A DNA stretch of 64,000 nucleotides, from assembly GCA_965279035.1 (NCBI GenBank), contig OZ257142.1:544001-608000 (forward strand), read 5' to 3'. The DNA comes from Bacteroidia bacterium (GTDB lineage Bacteria > Bacteroidota > Bacteroidia > M30B66). The position numbers and the translations under genes were made by a program. The number at the start of each line of letters is the position of its first letter. The stretch's first letter is position 1. Below are positions 59,345-64,000 of this stretch, in pieces. The notes under the pieces were generated by a model. The model did no database searches and was not told where the DNA came from. It was given only the letters and a program-made list of their open reading frames with translations.

Positions 59345-61093
59345 ATGCTTAGAACACATACTTGCGGGCAACTCCGCGCTTCTGAAATCGGAAACTCTGT
59401 TGAACTTTGTGGATGGGTTGCCAAATCGAGAGATCTTGGTGGAATGACGTTCATCGATTTACGCGATCGTTTTGGGATTACCCAGCTTGTTTTTAACATG
59501 GACGACAATCCCGTGCTTTGTGAAAGAGCTCGTAAACTTGGTCGGGAATATGTTTTACGTGTTAAAGGAGAAGTAAGAGAACGCTCAAGCAAAAACGCAC
59601 AATTATCAACAGGAGACATAGAAATTCGAGCAGTTGAATTTGAAATATTAAATTCTTCTAAAACTCCACCTTTCACGATTGAAGATGATACCGATGGTGG
59701 TGATGATCTCCGAATGAAATACCGCTACCTTGATTTGAGAAGAAATGCGGTTCGGAAAAACCTTGAACTTCGCCACAATCTTGCGAAAGCAATACGCTCG
59801 TATCTCGACAATGCTGGCTTTCTTGAAGTAGAAACACCTGTTTTGATAAAATCAACACCCGAAGGAGCACGCGATTTTATTGTGCCTTCTCGTATGAATC
59901 CGGGTGAATTTTATGCATTGCCACAAAGTCCTCAAACATTTAAGCAAATCCTTATGGTTGCTGGATTTGATCGATACTACCAAATTGTAAAATGCTTTCG
60001 TGATGAAGATTTACGTGCCGATCGTCAACCCGAATTTACTCAGATAGATTGCGAACTTTCTTTTATCGAACATGAAGACATTCTCACCATTTTCGAAGGA
60101 CTTGTTCGTGAACTTTTTATATCTGTAAAAAATATCACGTTCGAAGATTTTCCTCGCATTACTTATGCCGAAGCCATGGAGCAATATGGTAACGACAAAC
60201 CCGATATTCGTTTCGATATGAAGATTTGTGATTTTACTTCACAAACACGCAATTCGGGATTTGTTGTTTTTGATCAAGCAGAATATGTTGCAGGTATTGC
60301 GGCAACAGGTTGTGCAGAATATACTCGCAAGCAAGTAGATGAATTAACAGATTGGGTAAAACGCCCTCAAATTGGTGCCGGTGGTTTAATCTATATTCGA
60401 ATGAATGCTGATGGAAGCGTAAAATCTTCGGTCGATAAATTCTTTGATGAAGCTCAACTTCGTTCATTTTGCGAACAAGTAAATGCCCAAAAAGGAGATT
60501 TGGTTCTCATTCTGGCAGGAGCTAAAACACGGATGCAAAAGGCATTAAGTGAATTACGTCTTGAAATGGGAAATCGTCTAGGATATCGCCCTAAGGACAT
60601 CTTTGCTCCACTTTGGGTTCTTGATTTTCCTTTGCTTGAATGGGATGAGGACAATCAACGGTATCATGCCATGCATCACCCGTTTACTTCACCTAAGCCA
60701 GAAGACGTTCCTCTTTTAGAAAAAGAACCAGGCAAGGTGCGTGCTAATGCTTACGATTTGGTCATTAATGGTGTAGAAGTAGGAGGAGGCTCTATTCGTA
60801 TTTTCGATAAAGGCCTGCAAAAAAACATGTTTACCTTGTTAGGCTTTAGTGATGAAGATGCTCAGTCGCAATTTGGATTTTTGATGAATGCTTTTGAGTA
60901 TGGTGCACCTCCGCATGGTGGAATTGCCTTGGGTTTCGACCGACTTTGTTCTATTTTCGGAGGAGTAGATTCTATTCGAGATTTTATTGCCTTCCCGAAA
61001 AATAATTCAGGACGCGATATGATGATCGATTCACCTTCGCCAGTAAGCGATGAACAATTGAAAGAACTTCAAATCTCAGTTCAAAAAAAATAA
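59345..61093 (+). CDS. aspS: Aspartate--tRNA ligase
   Basis: [43 protein letters not shown]. Confidence 0.98.
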   Translation: MLRTHTCGQLRASEIGNSVELCGWVAKSRDLGGMTFIDLRDRFGITQLVFNMDDNPVLCERARKLGREYVLRVKGEVRERSSKNAQLSTGDIEIRAVEFEILNSSKTPPFTIEDDTDGGDDLRMKYRYLDLRRNAVRKNLELRHNLAKAIRSYLDNAGFLEVETPVLIKSTPEGARDFIVPSRMNPGEFYALPQSPQTFKQILMVAGFDRYYQIVKCFRDEDLRADRQPEFTQIDCELSFIEHEDILTIFEGLVRELFISVKNITFEDFPRITYAEAMEQYGNDKPDIRFDMKICDFTSQTRNSGFVVFDQAEYVAGIAATGCAEYTRKQVDELTDWVKRPQIGAGGLIYIRMNADGSVKSSVDKFFDEAQLRSFCEQVNAQKGDLVLILAGAKTRMQKALSELRLEMGNRLGYRPKDIFAPLWVLDFPLLEWDEDNQRYHAMHHPFTSPKPEDVPLLEKEPGKVRANAYDLVINGVEVGGGSIRIFDKGLQKNMFTLLGFSDEDAQSQFGFLMNAFEYGAPPHGGIALGFDRLCSIFGGVDSIRDFIAFPKNNSGRDMMIDSPSPVSDEQLKELQISVQKK

Positions 61094-61095
61094 GG

Positions 61096-61665
61096 ATGAA
61101 AAAATGCATTCTATTTCTGCTCATCCCCTTTTTGCTCGTCTCTTTTACAGCAAAAGCACAAAGACATGCCGAGTCTTTTGAAAAGGGAATTGTGTTAATT
61201 GATCTTAGTTCAAGTATTGGGGTTTATAAAAACCACGACTTTGTTACACAACGAATTCCACTTTTTCTCGGAGTAGATTATGGTGTTCACAATGATATTG
61301 GCTTGGGCATTTTTGGAGGATGGAATCAACGCTCGTTTAAAACAGCAAAGTCTCCAGCTTACGATGTGAATTATTATTTCTATGGCGGTCGCTTAAGTAT
61401 GCACCTTGCTCCCTATTTACGCCATCACACGATGTTGAAATTCAATCCCAAAATGGTGGATATTTATGCAACACTTTGGGCTGGTCGACAAGTAGCAAAA
61501 CAGGTTTCTTTCTCTGGAAATAGTTTTATTGATTCCGGCGGAGTATCCATAATTGGAGGATATATTGGCGCTCGAATTTATACGATGTCTTGGCTTGGAT
61601 TTATGGTTGAACTTGGAGCCGGACCTTACGGTTTGGTTAATTTCGGACTGTGTTCAAAATTCTAA
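61096..61665 (+). CDS. Putative outer-membrane beta-barrel protein
   Basis: Signal peptide (AKAQ), amphipathic strands, terminal Phe. Confidence 0.6.
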   Translation: MKKCILFLLIPFLLVSFTAKAQRHAESFEKGIVLIDLSSSIGVYKNHDFVTQRIPLFLGVDYGVHNDIGLGIFGGWNQRSFKTAKSPAYDVNYYFYGGRLSMHLAPYLRHHTMLKFNPKMVDIYATLWAGRQVAKQVSFSGNSFIDSGGVSIIGGYIGARIYTMSWLGFMVELGAGPYGLVNFGLCSKF

Positions 61666-61675
61666 TTGAACTCCT

Positions 61676-62116
61676 TCAAAGTTCCTTTTGATAAATCGCT
61701 TTACGTCCAGCAAACATCACGTACATCACTGGATAAGAAAGGAATGTCAAAACCCAATTATGTGCTTTAAACTGAATATCATCAATTATTACAACATCCT
61801 TTTCTTGTTGGACAATGCGATGTGTATGTTCCCAATAGCTTAAGAAAAAAGGAAGTACAATCCCTTTATCTACAAAACAGCATTCTTTTTCTGTTTGAAA
61901 ACTAGAAGTAATTCGGCTTTTCCAGGTTAACCAACTGAAAAAAAATCGCAAACGTATTTCAACAAGATCGTTTGTATTACAACCATCAAATTGCACTAAT
62001 TCGAAACGAGGAAATGGTGGTGCAAGTTTTAAGAATAATTCCTTGTCGAATTTTTTGAAAACGGAATTACAATTTCTGTTTTTAATTTGGGTTTGAAGGA
62101 GAATTCGCATTCTCAA
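61676..62116 (-). CDS. SRPBCC-fold protein
   Basis: LAPPFP, FVDKG..LPFFL.YWEHTH, IIDDI pattern. Confidence 0.7.
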   Translation of the reverse strand: MRMRILLQTQIKNRNCNSVFKKFDKELFLKLAPPFPRFELVQFDGCNTNDLVEIRLRFFFSWLTWKSRITSSFQTEKECCFVDKGIVLPFFLSYWEHTHRIVQQEKDVVIIDDIQFKAHNWVLTFLSYPVMYVMFAGRKAIYQKEL

Positions 62117-62964
62117 AGAATCTCGAGTGCCGTTTTAACATCTTGCATCAACCACATGGGTGTTGAAGTAGCACCACAAATTCCAACAGTATTGTCTTTT
62201 TCAAACCATGTTGGGTCTAGCTCATCTACACGACTAATGAAATACGTTTCAGGATTTTGGTCTTTACAAACGTTGAATAATACCTTTCCATTTGATGATT
62301 TTGTACCACTTACAAAGAGTATTTTATCATACGATTTTGCAAATGTCCTGAGCTCTGAATCGCGGTCACTTACTTGACTACAAATGGTGTCGTGAGCATT
62401 TACTTTAATACCTTTCGATTCAAGTTGCTCTCGCGTTTCTTTGAATTTTTGTTTGCTCTTGGTCGTTTGTGTATAGAGTGTTATTTCTTTAGGAAGTTCT
62501 TTTCCATCCAGTTCTGAAATATCTGAAAATACAACACCTTCATTATTTATTTGGCCCATCAGACCGGTAACTTCCGCATGACCTTTTTTCCCCATTAAGA
62601 AGATGGTTTCTTTTTTATCAAATGATCCGCGAATGCGATTCTGGAGTTTTAGAACTACAGGGCAAGTTGCATCAATCAGAGTGATATTATTTTCTATTGC
62701 TGTTTGATAAGTAGATGGTGGTTCTCCATGAGCACGTATTAATACACTTTCGTTTTTTAATTCTCTAAATGCATCATAATCAATGATCCGAAGACCTTTC
62801 GCTTTCAATCGTTTAACCTCTTCATCGTTATGAACTATGTCGCCAAGGCAATACAAATAGCCTTGTTCTTCCAATACATCTTGGGCCATTTCAATCGCGT
62901 AAACAACTCCAAAGCAGAAGCCTGAATTAGAATCTATACTGACTTTCAAATGAAGCGCGGACAT
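62113..62964 (-). CDS. ispH: 4-hydroxy-3-methylbut-2-enyl diphosphate reductase
   Basis: SGFCFGV, IVHN, RAHG, DATCPVV, TICSQV, SSNG, GATSTP; ATG at 62964 preferred. Confidence 0.95.
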   Translation of the reverse strand: MSALHLKVSIDSNSGFCFGVVYAIEMAQDVLEEQGYLYCLGDIVHNDEEVKRLKAKGLRIIDYDAFRELKNESVLIRAHGEPPSTYQTAIENNITLIDATCPVVLKLQNRIRGSFDKKETIFLMGKKGHAEVTGLMGQINNEGVVFSDISELDGKELPKEITLYTQTTKSKQKFKETREQLESKGIKVNAHDTICSQVSDRDSELRTFAKSYDKILFVSGTKSSNGKVLFNVCKDQNPETYFISRVDELDPTWFEKDNTVGICGATSTPMWLMQDVKTALEIL

Positions 62965-63006
62965 GCTATAATTGATTTCTGATTGAATAAGCAATGAAAC
63001 CTTTGG

Positions 63007-63840
63007 TCAAAGTAAATTGAGAGAATGACGTATGTAAGAACTCAGAATGAGCGAATATTTTCGTGCATTTGGAATTCGAATTCGTTCTTCAAGTACGCGA
63101 TTGGGAGAGGAATTGATGATTTTTTTATACAAGGCGAAATAGTAAACGTATGCTACATAAACACCAAAGCGAGCTCCTTTGGGGAGTCCTTTAATTCCAT
63201 TATATCCATCGGAAAAATCTTTGAGAATGTCTTCTTCGATAGCACGTTTATTCTCTTCAGTAAATTCGCTCATGTTTAAATGAGGGAAATACACTCTTCC
63301 GAGAGTATGATAGTCATTGTGTAGGTCACGTAGAAAATTGATTTTTTGAAAAGCAGAACCAAGCCTCATAGCTGGGTTTTTGAGTCTTTCGTACATCGAT
63401 TGACTTCCTTCGCAAAAAACGCGTAAACACATTAAGCCAACTACTTCTGCCGAACCTAAAATGTATTTTTCGTATGCAGCCTGATCGTATTGTACTTTTT
63501 CAAGATCCATTTCCATGCTTTTTAGAAATGTATCAATCAGTTCATCTTCGATCCCATAGTGATTAACCGTTTGCTGAAAACTATGCAGTATAGGATTCAA
63601 ACTAATTCCCCTACGTATAGCGAGAAATGTATCTCTTCTAAATTCTTCAATTAAAAGGGAAGCATCAGAACGATTGAAACTATCTACAATTTCATCAGCA
63701 AATCGAACAAATGCGTAGAGTGTATAAACAGGATCTTGGAACCGTTTTGAAAGTGACTTTATTCCAAGTGTGAAAGAAGTACTATACCGATGTGTTGTAA
63801 ATCGACTGCAGCGAAGACTTACAAAATTGTAATCGATCAT
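63007..63840 (-). CDS. crtB: Phytoene synthase
   Basis: YSTSF, FVRFADEIVD, SAEVVGLM, FQKINFLRD; ATG at 63840 preferred. Confidence 0.92.
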   Translation of the reverse strand: MIDYNFVSLRCSRFTTHRYSTSFTLGIKSLSKRFQDPVYTLYAFVRFADEIVDSFNRSDASLLIEEFRRDTFLAIRRGISLNPILHSFQQTVNHYGIEDELIDTFLKSMEMDLEKVQYDQAAYEKYILGSAEVVGLMCLRVFCEGSQSMYERLKNPAMRLGSAFQKINFLRDLHNDYHTLGRVYFPHLNMSEFTEENKRAIEEDILKDFSDGYNGIKGLPKGARFGVYVAYVYYFALYKKIINSSPNRVLEERIRIPNARKYSLILSSYIRHSLNLL

Positions 63841-64000
63841 AGGTCCGTTGTTTTTCAATCGAATTTAAGAGTCGTTGCCCTACTTATTTATTATATCCTT
63901 TTAACATCGACATTAATTGACGACGCGCTAAGAAAATTCTGCTTTTTACAGTACCAATAGGTAGATCTAAATAATCAGCTATTTCCTTGTATTTATAGCC

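Overview
A gene-dense 64 kb chromosomal segment of a Bacteroidota bacterium, judged from TAnnTTTG -7 promoters, four T9SS C-terminal sorting domains, a ccoNO fusion and the DUF4270/glycogen synthase/glmS and panC-panD synteny. Most of it is housekeeping: serS, a sufC-D-S-E-sufT-DUF2480 operon without sufB, rplM-rpsI-rpsB-tsf-pyrH-frr, glmS, panCD, radA, tRNA-Ala(GGC), aspS, ispH and crtB. The most interesting part is a co-oriented microaerobic locus at 42.4-59.1 kb. It holds an FNR-like regulator, a pentaheme c-type cytochrome with an apparent T9SS export tail, an FG-GAP/ASPIC T9SS protein, a RIC/hemerythrin homologue missing two iron ligands and the full cbb3 oxidase cluster. Two of its promoters share identically spaced tandem FNR/CRP-type boxes. 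Small-scale oddities: a partial tRNA-Ala copy whose loops are replaced by TCCCGAT..ATCGGGA palindromes, a DUF433/PIN toxin-antitoxin islet bounded by a 26-bp duplication of the host gene's 3' end, operator-like repeats upstream of a DUF4143 ATPase, a T9SS gene flanked by an exact 15-bp direct repeat, and a probable 1-nt indel in the rpsB tail. No CRISPR array, rRNA, transposase or integrase was seen. All family calls are by motif recognition, not database search.
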